DNA of 34,169 nucleotides from positions 1 to 34,169 of the forward strand of contig JAKQFZ010000588.1 in assembly GCA_029558215.1 (NCBI GenBank), written 5' to 3'. Position 1 is the first letter of the stretch; every line of letters begins with the position of its first letter. The position numbers and the translations under genes were made by a program. Shown here one piece after another: positions 17,264-25,260 of this stretch. The notes beneath the pieces are model-generated. The model ran no database searches. It had not been told where the DNA came from and was given only the letters and a program-made list of their open reading frames with translations. The stretch comes from Candidatus Omnitrophota bacterium. Lineage in GTDB: Bacteria > Hinthialibacterota > Hinthialibacteria > JAKQFZ01.

Positions 17264-18325
17264 ATGACTTCCAAGGAACGTGTTCTTGCCTATCTGGAAC
17301 GGCGGATTCCCGACCGGGTGCCCACGAGTTACCGAGCTACGTCAGAAGTGACTCACAAACTCCTGGCGCATTTTGGCACAGATGACTTCCAAGTGGTTCG
17401 TCGCGCGTTGGGAATTGACGGCTTCTTTGATGTCAGTCCAGTCTATGTGGGACCCGACTTGCATCGCTTTGGTGATGGAACCTGGGAAGACTTCTGGGGA
17501 ACCCGATATAAGAATATCCAATATGCAACCGGTTGTTACGCAGAGAAGTGCTTCTTCCCACTGCAAGGTGCCCGAACTGCAGAACAACTGGATCGATATC
17601 GCTGGCCGAGTCTGGACTGGTGGGATTTTAGTTGTGTTTCCGAGCAGGCTCAACGGGCACAGGATCAGGTCGTTCGCGGGGGCGTCTACTCGCTTTTTGA
17701 GCAGTTCAACGCTCTTAAGCCGTTGGATGAATGCCTGACCGATATTCTAGTCGAGCCCGAATTTGTTCTGGATGTGTTTGTCCGATTGCATGGATTCTGG
17801 ATGCAGTATCTTGAACGGCTCTTTCAGGCAGCAGAAGGTGCCATCAAGATGCTGTTCATCAGCGACGACGTCGGAATGCAGGATCGCATGATGATGCGTC
17901 CCGATGTCTGGAGAGGCTTCTTCCCCCCATTCTACCGAGAGCTGACAGCCATGGCTCACCGGTACGGCGTTAGCGTTGCCTACCACAGTGATGGGAGTAT
18001 TGACCCGATCATCCCAGATCTCATTGAGGCGGGGGCTGACATTCTGGAGCCGGTGCAGCACGTTTGTCCGGGCATGGATCGAGAGCATCTGAAAGCGGCG
18101 TACGGCGACCGCCTGCTTTTCATGGGTGCGGTTGAAAACCAGCGCGTTCTGCCTTTTGGAACGGTCGAGGAAGTTCGGGAGGAAACTCGCGAGTGCCTGA
18201 GACTTCTCGCCAAAGGAGGCGGCTATATGCTCTCCAGTTGCCACAACCTTCAGCCGGTGACACCAGTGGAGAATATCATCGCCATGTATCAGGTCGTTCA
18301 GGAAGAGGGGCATCTGTACTTCTAG
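17264..18325 (+). CDS. Uroporphyrinogen-decarboxylase (URO-D) family protein, second paralogue, not HemE
   Basis: 'MTSKERVLAYLERRIPDRVP' parallels paralogue 1. The C-terminal half reads '...FISDDVGMQ...VAYHSDGSIDPIIPDLIEAGADILEPVQ...LFMGAVENQRVLPFGTVEEVREETRE...GGGYMLSSCHNLQPVTPVENIIAM'. It starts 9 bp after the permease gene. Confidence 0.75.
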   Translation: MTSKERVLAYLERRIPDRVPTSYRATSEVTHKLLAHFGTDDFQVVRRALGIDGFFDVSPVYVGPDLHRFGDGTWEDFWGTRYKNIQYATGCYAEKCFFPLQGARTAEQLDRYRWPSLDWWDFSCVSEQAQRAQDQVVRGGVYSLFEQFNALKPLDECLTDILVEPEFVLDVFVRLHGFWMQYLERLFQAAEGAIKMLFISDDVGMQDRMMMRPDVWRGFFPPFYRELTAMAHRYGVSVAYHSDGSIDPIIPDLIEAGADILEPVQHVCPGMDREHLKAAYGDRLLFMGAVENQRVLPFGTVEEVREETRECLRLLAKGGGYMLSSCHNLQPVTPVENIIAMYQVVQEEGHLYF

Positions 18326-18327
18326 CT

Positions 18328-19188
18328 TCACTCACCAATTCTGAGTATCTTGCGTGGAACATCATCCGAGGAGAGACCAAGAAACCGCAGCAGGTTGGCG
18401 GAGTAGATTCTGTCTAGAATGCCCTTTTCGATTTGTAGGTCATCATAGATGGCGTTGTCACGGTTGATCCATTGACGCACCCAATTGACATTGTAGTCAG
18501 ACGCCCGGCAGTCGCTTCCAAAAATGACATTGTTCTGAACATCGTACCCGACCCCGAAAAGTTTCATCAGCACTTCCCTGCGGTACACCGCCGGCGTGCC
18601 CGGGCTTAAGTCCACAAACATCTCGACGGACAACTCCGGTCGGTAGGCATAGGCGTTAAGAAACTTCCCATAGACCGCGATCAACTCATCACACCAGGGC
18701 CACCCCACATGCGCCAGACAGAACCTCAGACGAGGAATCTCCAAAAGATCCTCGAAGTTCTCAGGATGGTTGAATCGCGAGGAACTCCTTCCATCCCAGA
18801 GAATCCCCGAATGAAAAAGGATGGGTTTGTTGCATTCGGCAATTGAACGGAAAACCTCTATGGCCTTCGGGTCACCTGGATAGAACCGACTGCAGGTGAC
18901 CTTGAACCCCTCGACGCCACAGTCAACCGCGGTCTCAACCTGCTCAACAGCATCAGACTCCATGGGATCGATCCAGTAGAACGGGAAGATCCGTTCATTG
19001 TCGCCCTTCCAGAGCGAGAGATGCTCAAGACGCGCTCGATGCGTTCTTGGTTGGCAGACATCAGAAAAAACCGCAGGAGGCAGGGAAATCAGTAAACATC
19101 CCGATACGCCTGCTTCACAAAGCCGCCTGAGAAAGCCGTCCCTGTCTCCCCTCTCATCCAATAGGTGAACGTGTCCGTCAAGAATCAT
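18328..19188 (-). CDS. Amidohydrolase-2 type metal-dependent hydrolase (TIM barrel)
   Basis: 'MILDGHVHLL' at the ATG at 19188. The longer ORF to 19284 would overlap the upstream gene by 94 bp. 'ILFHSG', 'CLAHVGWPW' and 'IFGSDC' supply the expected His/Asp ligand positions. Confidence 0.75.
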   Translation of the reverse strand: MILDGHVHLLDERGDRDGFLRRLCEAGVSGCLLISLPPAVFSDVCQPRTHRARLEHLSLWKGDNERIFPFYWIDPMESDAVEQVETAVDCGVEGFKVTCSRFYPGDPKAIEVFRSIAECNKPILFHSGILWDGRSSSRFNHPENFEDLLEIPRLRFCLAHVGWPWCDELIAVYGKFLNAYAYRPELSVEMFVDLSPGTPAVYRREVLMKLFGVGYDVQNNVIFGSDCRASDYNVNWVRQWINRDNAIYDDLQIEKGILDRIYSANLLRFLGLSSDDVPRKILRIGE

Positions 19189-19190
19189 TG

Positions 19191-20018
19191 TCACACTGTC
19201 TCCCAAACCGGCCTGCGGGACGGCTGAATCCGTAGTGCGTCTCGATTGGCCGCGAATGTCACAGCACATATCAGCGCCGCACATCCAAACACAAGCCAGA
19301 ATAGCACGAGAATGGGTTCCGGCACCGCCGTCAAAGCAGAGATTCTGGCAATGTCGCTGGTGGGAGCGTGTTCGAGAACATGGAACCCATCAATCGAATC
19401 CTGAAAGAGATCGCCCATCACGTCTATGATGGGAAACAGACAACAGGTTGTTGAGACCACGCGGATGAAAAAGACCTTCATTCCGTCTCTGAAGAGCACA
19501 AATCCCATTGTCATCAGGATGATACAGAGATAGCCGAAGAACGCAGTGAACCCGTTGAGCCAACCGAATAACAAGGCAATACAGAAAAGCGCCATAAGCA
19601 TTGCCCATGCTTCCTTTGGCTCCCAGGCCGCGCTCAGACAATAGAGCACAACTCCAATCAGCAGGGAACCCAAATACCCGGCTGAAGCGACGAGAACGTC
19701 ATTGCCACCGATGCCCAGTGTTGCTCCAGCTCCACCCGGATCAATGGCGATGCCAAAAGCAACACCACCGGTCAGATACGCGCCGATCACATGTGACATC
19801 TCGTGAAAAAGGACAACGACAAGCCGGATGGGCATCATGAAGGGGAGCCGCCATAGGAGAAGGATCAAAACGAACATCCCCACCTGAAGTGCGAGAGAAT
19901 ACCACTTCAGCCGATTACGCGCGAGTCGTTCGCGACATTGTTCCTTGTCTTGCCAAGCGGCAAGTTCTTCAGCGGTGAAGCGCTTGTCGTCGCTGAAATA
20001 GAAGGGATCTCTCGTCAT
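19191..20018 (-). CDS. M50B-like family polytopic membrane metallopeptidase (HExxH)
   Basis: 'VVVLFHEMSHVIGAYLTGG' places HExxH inside a TM helix. About 6 hydrophobic segments. The distal 'TSDIARISALT' contains Asp. ATGA start/stop overlap with the upstream gene at 20015-20018. Confidence 0.7.
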   Translation of the reverse strand: MTRDPFYFSDDKRFTAEELAAWQDKEQCRERLARNRLKWYSLALQVGMFVLILLLWRLPFMMPIRLVVVLFHEMSHVIGAYLTGGVAFGIAIDPGGAGATLGIGGNDVLVASAGYLGSLLIGVVLYCLSAAWEPKEAWAMLMALFCIALLFGWLNGFTAFFGYLCIILMTMGFVLFRDGMKVFFIRVVSTTCCLFPIIDVMGDLFQDSIDGFHVLEHAPTSDIARISALTAVPEPILVLFWLVFGCAALICAVTFAANRDALRIQPSRRPVWETV

Positions 20019-20980
20019 CGAACCAAGATGTCCTTGTCAAACGAAGCAATGTCGCCTCGGACTTTCCAATGGTCTATCTTGAGAGGCAATTCCGCAGGGA
20101 AAAACTTCTTCCACGTCTCTTCAAGTCCTGCAAAATCCTCAGCCACAGCACTCAGTTGGGGTTCACGCTCAATGGCCTTTGCCGGAAGTCCTTCAAAGTG
20201 GTTCGCACCCTGTGCTGTGAACACAAGGAGATCCACCTTCGTCTCACCGCGTTCCAACGTGGAAATCCGCATCGGATAGAACACTCGATCTGAGGCAAAG
20301 CGGTATTCAATTGGCTCTCGGCTCTGATTCTTGTCGTCCAGGACGATGACGTCGAAAGCAAACCACTTGAAACCTTCTTCAATGTAACTTTCGATGATTT
20401 TGACAAACTCAGGACGGATTGGAGCATCTTGGGTGCCGTACTTGTTCTTGAGATAGTCCTGCACGAAGGCGACAAAGGCGTCCCCTTCGAGAACCTCTGC
20501 AACAGTCAGATCATGGGCGCCCATCTTCTTCTCAAAAGTGATTCGCGCCGCCTGCTGTGGCACTTGTAGATTGCCCGCCAGTTTGCCTCCATGTGCCATC
20601 ACCCACATTCGTTTGTTGATAACGAGTTTCTGGGCTTCCTCAAAAGTCGCGAAGGAACCCAGTTTGATGGACGGCCTGGAAGGCAGGGGAATCACTTCCA
20701 GTACGGCGGAACGCTGTGTTGCACGTTGATCCGTGGACAACAGCAGGATTTCCTCAGTACCGTTCCATGCGATGATGGCACGCTGTTGCGGTTCGAACAC
20801 ACTGACTTGCAGCGGGTCGAACTCGATAGTCTTCTCCCTGTTCCCCGATTCGAGAATTCTGAAGTCCACCAGAATCGGTGCGCTGAAAGGAACGCTTCCA
20901 CAGTCCGCCCAGACGAATCCTGCGCTGGCAAGCAGAGAGAGGGTAAGGACAACCTGAGATACTGTTTTTGCATACGACAT
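20015..20980 (-). CDS. Exported conserved hypothetical protein (possibly DUF2330-like)
   Basis: RBS AGGAGG lies 8 nt upstream of the ATG at 20980. Signal peptide '...LLASAGFVWA|DCGSVPF'. The 'QQRAIIAWNGTEEILLLS...VLEVIPLPSRPSIKLGSF' block resembles my recollection of DUF2330. The family assignment is weak. Confidence 0.55.
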   Translation of the reverse strand: MSYAKTVSQVVLTLSLLASAGFVWADCGSVPFSAPILVDFRILESGNREKTIEFDPLQVSVFEPQQRAIIAWNGTEEILLLSTDQRATQRSAVLEVIPLPSRPSIKLGSFATFEEAQKLVINKRMWVMAHGGKLAGNLQVPQQAARITFEKKMGAHDLTVAEVLEGDAFVAFVQDYLKNKYGTQDAPIRPEFVKIIESYIEEGFKWFAFDVIVLDDKNQSREPIEYRFASDRVFYPMRISTLERGETKVDLLVFTAQGANHFEGLPAKAIEREPQLSAVAEDFAGLEETWKKFFPAELPLKIDHWKVRGDIASFDKDILVR

Positions 20981-21116
20981 GATTCTAACCTCCTAACTTG
21001 GAAGACCTCATTCTTTCTTTCGCTATAGATATCTCGCGCCCATTATTAGGTAACGACCCCTTTCTTCTATCCCAATCATATCGTCAGACAGAAGATTTAT
21101 TCAACAAAAAATGCAA

Positions 21117-21145
21117 TTGTCCGAGTTTGCACTTCGGTCTATGGT
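21117..21145 (+). promoter_or_regulatory. Candidate sigma70-like promoter (TTGTCC-17 nt-TATGGT) for the glycoside-hydrolase-like gene
   Basis: The hexamers were read directly from the sequence, with 17-nt spacing, ~38 nt upstream of the ATG at 21184 in the 203-bp divergent intergenic region. The promoter consensus for this lineage is unknown to me. Confidence 0.2.
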
Positions 21146-21183
21146 TCACAGTATCGGACAAAGCTTGGAAGCCAAAGGAGAAA

Positions 21184-23265
21184 ATGATGTATCTGATCAC
21201 AGCGTCTGCCACGGGACTGACGATTCTGCTGGTTCTCTGTACCGAAAGTCTTGCAGCAAGCACGTTGCCAGAGATACCGGAGTTCATCTTCGGTGTGAAC
21301 CAGTACAATGTCGGACATCCGGCTGGCTTGGCCAGGCATTGGCCACTGACTGACGACGAGGCGGTCTATCTCAAGAGTATCGGCTGCAACACGATTAAGT
21401 TTCCTCTTTACCCAAGCGAGGTTGGCATTGATGAGAAGCGGATGATGATATGGAATACGGGCGATAGATTCGAAGACCTGGGCGTTGAGACGTGGGAGCC
21501 TGACTGGCGAAGTCTCGACGCCCTATTGGACTGGATGATTAAGCATCAGATGACTCCCTTCGTCTGTCCTGTAGCGGAAACACGCGAAGACTGGGGCACG
21601 AAAGCCTGGATGGCATTGCACGTTCCGGAAGAGGCGCAACGGACGGTCTGGTACACCAAACTTGTCGTTGACCATGTGACTGCCAAGTACGGCGATAGAG
21701 TCATCTATGGATGGTATGAGAACTGGTGGTGGAACTCCTACAAACATGAAAAGAGTGCAGAGTTTCCAGAGGCATTTCGTGCCATGCTCAGTAAGATGTA
21801 CTCAGGCAAGGTGAGAGCCTTAAACAAGTCATGGATGAGCAACTATCGCTCCTTCGACGACGTCGAAGTTCCGAGGCTGCTGGTGAACAATGATATCGCC
21901 GAAGAGGCCATCAACAGTATTCGAACCTATGATTTGCGTCGGGCAATGGACTTGATGCACAGGGACGTGTTGGCCGGAATTAGAGATTATATTTCAAAGG
22001 TGGCTCCCAACGCGATCTGGTCAGGCGGTTGTATGCTCAACGAACTCGGCGGCCTGAACGATATTCGATCGGTACGCACACCGCGAACAAATGCCACGAT
22101 GCGCTCATGTGCTGTCACAAGTGACATCGTCGGAGCCGATCTCTATGCTCCTCAGTTCCTCTACTACTCTTTCTACAGGACTCTCGCCAAGATTAGCGCC
22201 GTTGAGGGTAAGCGGTTCTCCATTGTCGAAGCGGCAGCAACAAAGCCCGAGACCTTTGTGTGGATTGCTGATGTTGGCGGACCGACGGCAGGTACCTTGG
22301 CCTGGTCTGGCAAGGAAGACGCTTATGGTTTCATCAAGTTTGATGGAACTCGTCGTGAGGAGAACGGGAGGAAGTTCAAGGAACTGACCGAGATTATCCT
22401 TGGCAATCGGGAACGGTATCGCGACTACAAACCAGGTCACATTCAGGTCTACTTTCCAGAGGAAACCTACTACTACACGATTTCTGGCCGCAATTCGATG
22501 GATGCCTACCAGCATATCTGTGACAACATGTCGCCTGAGGAGCTTGAACCGGTGCTTACCGATGAACTCACCAGGTTGCCGAAAGGATCGCTCATTTATG
22601 TGCTCGAAAGGACTCTCCCACTCAAAGCGATTGAGGCACTCAATAGGTTAGGGAAACGAGTGATCTGTCCGCACGAGTATTTCATAGATGAATACGGCAA
22701 GCACCATGACCGCAAATATGTGGATGAAGATTTCTATGCAAGACTTCTTTCAACTCCGGACGGCGCCAAACTGCTGGACGTCTTCCAGCGCGTTGAGGAG
22801 AAGGAAAACAACTTAGCCTATCGGTACTACGGAACGACAATTATCTCACCCACGGAATTGGCGCCTGCCAATATGGTCGTCCCAGGACGCGAGAACGATC
22901 TGGCTCAACTCATTGACGGCAGCATCTATGAAGGCGTCACTTTCGCTGACAAACAGCAGCAAGAGGTCGTGATTCTCCATCTTCCCCATCCCAAGACGGT
23001 GTACGGGGCCTTTGTGCAGTTCTACGAAGGAGATGGACAGGACGTAAAAGCATCGGCGCTTCCGGACGAGATCTCGGTATTGGTCTCCATGGACTGTGTG
23101 AACTACTCGGAAGTGGCAAAGGTTTCCGGAAACGACGTGACCATGAGACCCCATATTCGATTCGAGCCCGTGCTTGCCAGGCGGATCATGTTGGACTTTG
23201 GTGTGAACAACCGAAACAGTGGCCTCAAGATAGAGGAAGTTGGAGCTATCGGTCAGAGACGGTGA
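21184..23265 (+). CDS. Exported clan GH-A (GH42-like) TIM-barrel glycoside-hydrolase-fold protein with a C-terminal F5/8 type C (discoidin)-like domain
   Basis: RBS AAGGAG immediately upstream of the ATG at 21184. Signal peptide MMYLITASATGLTILLVLCTESLAAS. 'FRAMLSKMYSGKVRALNKSWMSNYRSFDDVEVP' closely resembles the GH42 post-beta4 segment. The C-terminal 'LIDGSIYEGVTFAD...ARRIMLDFG...LKIEEVGAIG' is discoidin-like. Confidence 0.65.
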   Translation: MMYLITASATGLTILLVLCTESLAASTLPEIPEFIFGVNQYNVGHPAGLARHWPLTDDEAVYLKSIGCNTIKFPLYPSEVGIDEKRMMIWNTGDRFEDLGVETWEPDWRSLDALLDWMIKHQMTPFVCPVAETREDWGTKAWMALHVPEEAQRTVWYTKLVVDHVTAKYGDRVIYGWYENWWWNSYKHEKSAEFPEAFRAMLSKMYSGKVRALNKSWMSNYRSFDDVEVPRLLVNNDIAEEAINSIRTYDLRRAMDLMHRDVLAGIRDYISKVAPNAIWSGGCMLNELGGLNDIRSVRTPRTNATMRSCAVTSDIVGADLYAPQFLYYSFYRTLAKISAVEGKRFSIVEAAATKPETFVWIADVGGPTAGTLAWSGKEDAYGFIKFDGTRREENGRKFKELTEIILGNRERYRDYKPGHIQVYFPEETYYYTISGRNSMDAYQHICDNMSPEELEPVLTDELTRLPKGSLIYVLERTLPLKAIEALNRLGKRVICPHEYFIDEYGKHHDRKYVDEDFYARLLSTPDGAKLLDVFQRVEEKENNLAYRYYGTTIISPTELAPANMVVPGRENDLAQLIDGSIYEGVTFADKQQQEVVILHLPHPKTVYGAFVQFYEGDGQDVKASALPDEISVLVSMDCVNYSEVAKVSGNDVTMRPHIRFEPVLARRIMLDFGVNNRNSGLKIEEVGAIGQRR

Positions 23266-23299
23266 TGGGGCTTCTGAGCAGGCCAGCGCCTGCAGGCGT

Positions 23300-23314
23300 G
23301 TGGGCTATGCCCAC
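23300..23314. terminator. GC-rich hairpin GTGGGC-TAT-GCCCAC between convergent genes (possible terminator, no U-tract)
   Basis: A 6-bp stem and 3-nt loop read directly from the sequence, 35 nt downstream of the GH-like stop. It lacks a flanking T/A run on either strand. Confidence 0.2.
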
Positions 23315-23418
23315 TCCTACGGACGCTTGCTCTGATGAATGATACGCGCCTTTCGGACTTTGTGTCACTAGAAGGGCTAACCCTCACTCTTACCGTGATG
23401 AGTTACACCATCCCGCTA

Positions 23419-25065
23419 TCACAGGCCTATGGCAGACCCGTCTGCCCTCGGGTCGCTTCCTGCACAGAGAACGCCGGTCACAGGATCTCGCAAGATGATC
23501 TGACCTCTTCCAAAGAGGCTCCGCTCGTACCCGGAAACCATCCGAACTTGGTGACCCATCGAAGAGAGTTCCCGAAAGACGTTTGCATCAATTCCCTCTT
23601 CGATAGCAACCTCACCTGCCGGAGTGCCACCTTCGATACAGAGGCGCGGTCGGTCAAGAGCGTCCTGAGGATTCAGCCCATCATGGACAAGACCCAAGAC
23701 AACCTGCACGTGTCCCTGGGGCTGCATGAAACCTCCCATAACACCAAAACAGGCGTATAGAGAGCCGTCCTCCTCCCAAGTCGCCATCGCCGGAATGATC
23801 GTGTGATAGGGTCTCTTGCCCGGCGCCAGGGCATTGGGGTGTTTTGGCTCAAGGCAAAAATTGTGCCCACGATTCTGGAGCGCAAAGCCCAGACCTTCCG
23901 GAACGATGCCAGTGCCAAACGCCATGTAGTTACTGTTAATGAAGGAGCAGGCATTTCCCTTCCCGTCCACAACACTCAAATAGACCGTATCACTCGACGG
24001 GAACGGACAGCCTCTTTCGATGCGCTCATTGGCGCACTCTCGTCGGATCAACTTCGCTCGTTTCCGAGCATAGTCATGGCTGAGAAGTTCCTCAATTGGT
24101 ACCTCGGTGCATCGAGGATCCGCCACATAGTGTCGTGTATCGGCAAACGCCAGACGCAGTGCCTCGATCAGATAATGAAGCCTCGTCGAAGCAAGAGGCG
24201 CACCCAGATCATCCAACCCACACTCTGTCAGGATGTTCAATGCGATAAGCGCCGTAATCCCCTGACCGTTGGGTGGGCACTCATGAATTCGGACTCCCTC
24301 GAATACCGTGCTGATCGGTTCATCCCAAGTGGACTCATGCGCTGCCAGGTCATCCAATGACATAACGCCGCCAAGACTGGACAGCGTCTTAATGATTCTT
24401 TCGGCGATTTCTCCTTCGTAGTACGCTTTGCGACCTTGTTCCGCGATGAGTCTGAGCGTTCGGGAAAGCGTTGGATTTCTGAACACTTCACCGACGTGAG
24501 GTGCTCGACCCTCTACTGTCAATTCCCTGCCCCCAGGAGAGGAATCCATAAGTTTCTTAATTGAACCCTGCCACCCATGAGCCGTGATCGGAGCCACTGG
24601 AAAGCCTTCCTCGGCCAACCGGATAGCAGGAGCCAGAGTCTCGCGCATTGAAAGTGTTCCATGGCGTTCGATCAGATCGAACCAACCGGCACAGGCTCCT
24701 GGAACGGTTACCACGTGTGGATGGTACTTGGGGAGTTCCTTTCCGAATCCCTGACTTGAGAGCAGTTCAAGCGTCAAAGCCTTCGGAGCGCGTCCGGAGC
24801 CATTCAGAGCGCTCATCCGTCCCGTTACGCCATCATAGAACAACGCAAAACAGTCACCACCCAAGCCAGTGCTTCCTGGTTCCGTGACATTCAGCGCCGC
24901 GGCAGTGGCAACAGCCGCATCCGCAGCATTTCCGCCTTTTTCCAGGATAGAAACACCCGCCTGCACCGCAAGGGGCTGACTCGCCGCCACAATTCCCCTG
25001 ACGGAAAACACCGGTGATCGTCGCGACTGAAAGATGAGTTTGCTGTAAGGCATCTCGGTCTCCAT
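23419..25065 (-). CDS. ggt: Gamma-glutamyltransferase family protein (Ntn hydrolase), apparently cytoplasmic
   Basis: 'GGNAADAAVATAAALNVTEPGSTGLGGDCFALFY' is present. The autoprocessing/nucleophile region reads 'SSDTVYLSVVDGKGNACSFINSNYMAFGTGIVPEG', and 'GVMGGFMQPQGHVQV' follows. No signal peptide. Confidence 0.9.
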   Translation of the reverse strand: METEMPYSKLIFQSRRSPVFSVRGIVAASQPLAVQAGVSILEKGGNAADAAVATAAALNVTEPGSTGLGGDCFALFYDGVTGRMSALNGSGRAPKALTLELLSSQGFGKELPKYHPHVVTVPGACAGWFDLIERHGTLSMRETLAPAIRLAEEGFPVAPITAHGWQGSIKKLMDSSPGGRELTVEGRAPHVGEVFRNPTLSRTLRLIAEQGRKAYYEGEIAERIIKTLSSLGGVMSLDDLAAHESTWDEPISTVFEGVRIHECPPNGQGITALIALNILTECGLDDLGAPLASTRLHYLIEALRLAFADTRHYVADPRCTEVPIEELLSHDYARKRAKLIRRECANERIERGCPFPSSDTVYLSVVDGKGNACSFINSNYMAFGTGIVPEGLGFALQNRGHNFCLEPKHPNALAPGKRPYHTIIPAMATWEEDGSLYACFGVMGGFMQPQGHVQVVLGLVHDGLNPQDALDRPRLCIEGGTPAGEVAIEEGIDANVFRELSSMGHQVRMVSGYERSLFGRGQIILRDPVTGVLCAGSDPRADGSAIGL

Positions 25066-25260
25066 TGCAAATTAGATACCTGAAATCTAGCATCTACCCA
25101 TCAAAACACAAAGTCCATTATGATAGCTGGGGCAAAGTCTTCGTCATCCAGTTTTGGCCACAATGAATCCCTGTGCTATTCTTACGTCATATAAGCGTTG
25201 ATGCGGCTTCACACTGCATTCACGAGGCAGAACCTCTCGTCTGCCCAAAAAGGAAGTGCA

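Noticed and set aside
7913-18325. Two 'uroporphyrinogen decarboxylase' genes plus a 'coproporphyrinogen oxidase-like' gene could be read as a heme biosynthesis cluster.
   Set aside because: Neither URO-D paralogue has the HemE N-terminal RQAGR-type motif. The radical SAM protein has the HemW-type CxxxCxxC-DF signature rather than HemN's. No other hem genes are present, and the neighbours are carbohydrate-type enzymes.
19189-19284. A longer amidohydrolase ORF starting at 19284.
   Set aside because: It would overlap the upstream M50B-like gene by 94 bp. The ATG at 19188 gives the family-typical 'MILDGHVHL' N-terminus and abuts the upstream stop.
20998-21183. A 62-codon N-terminal extension of the GH42-like ORF, starting at 20998.
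   Set aside because: The extension runs through the divergent promoter region and begins at a non-ATG codon. The ATG at 21184 has an AAGGAG RBS and is followed immediately by a canonical signal peptide.
23287-23298. The 12-bp perfect palindrome CGCCTGCAGGCG between convergent genes, as a bidirectional terminator.
   Set aside because: With no spacer it can form at most a ~4-bp stem. It has no adjacent U-tract. A 12-bp palindrome is not statistically remarkable in 34 kb. The neighbouring 6-bp hairpin (23300-23314) is listed instead at low confidence.
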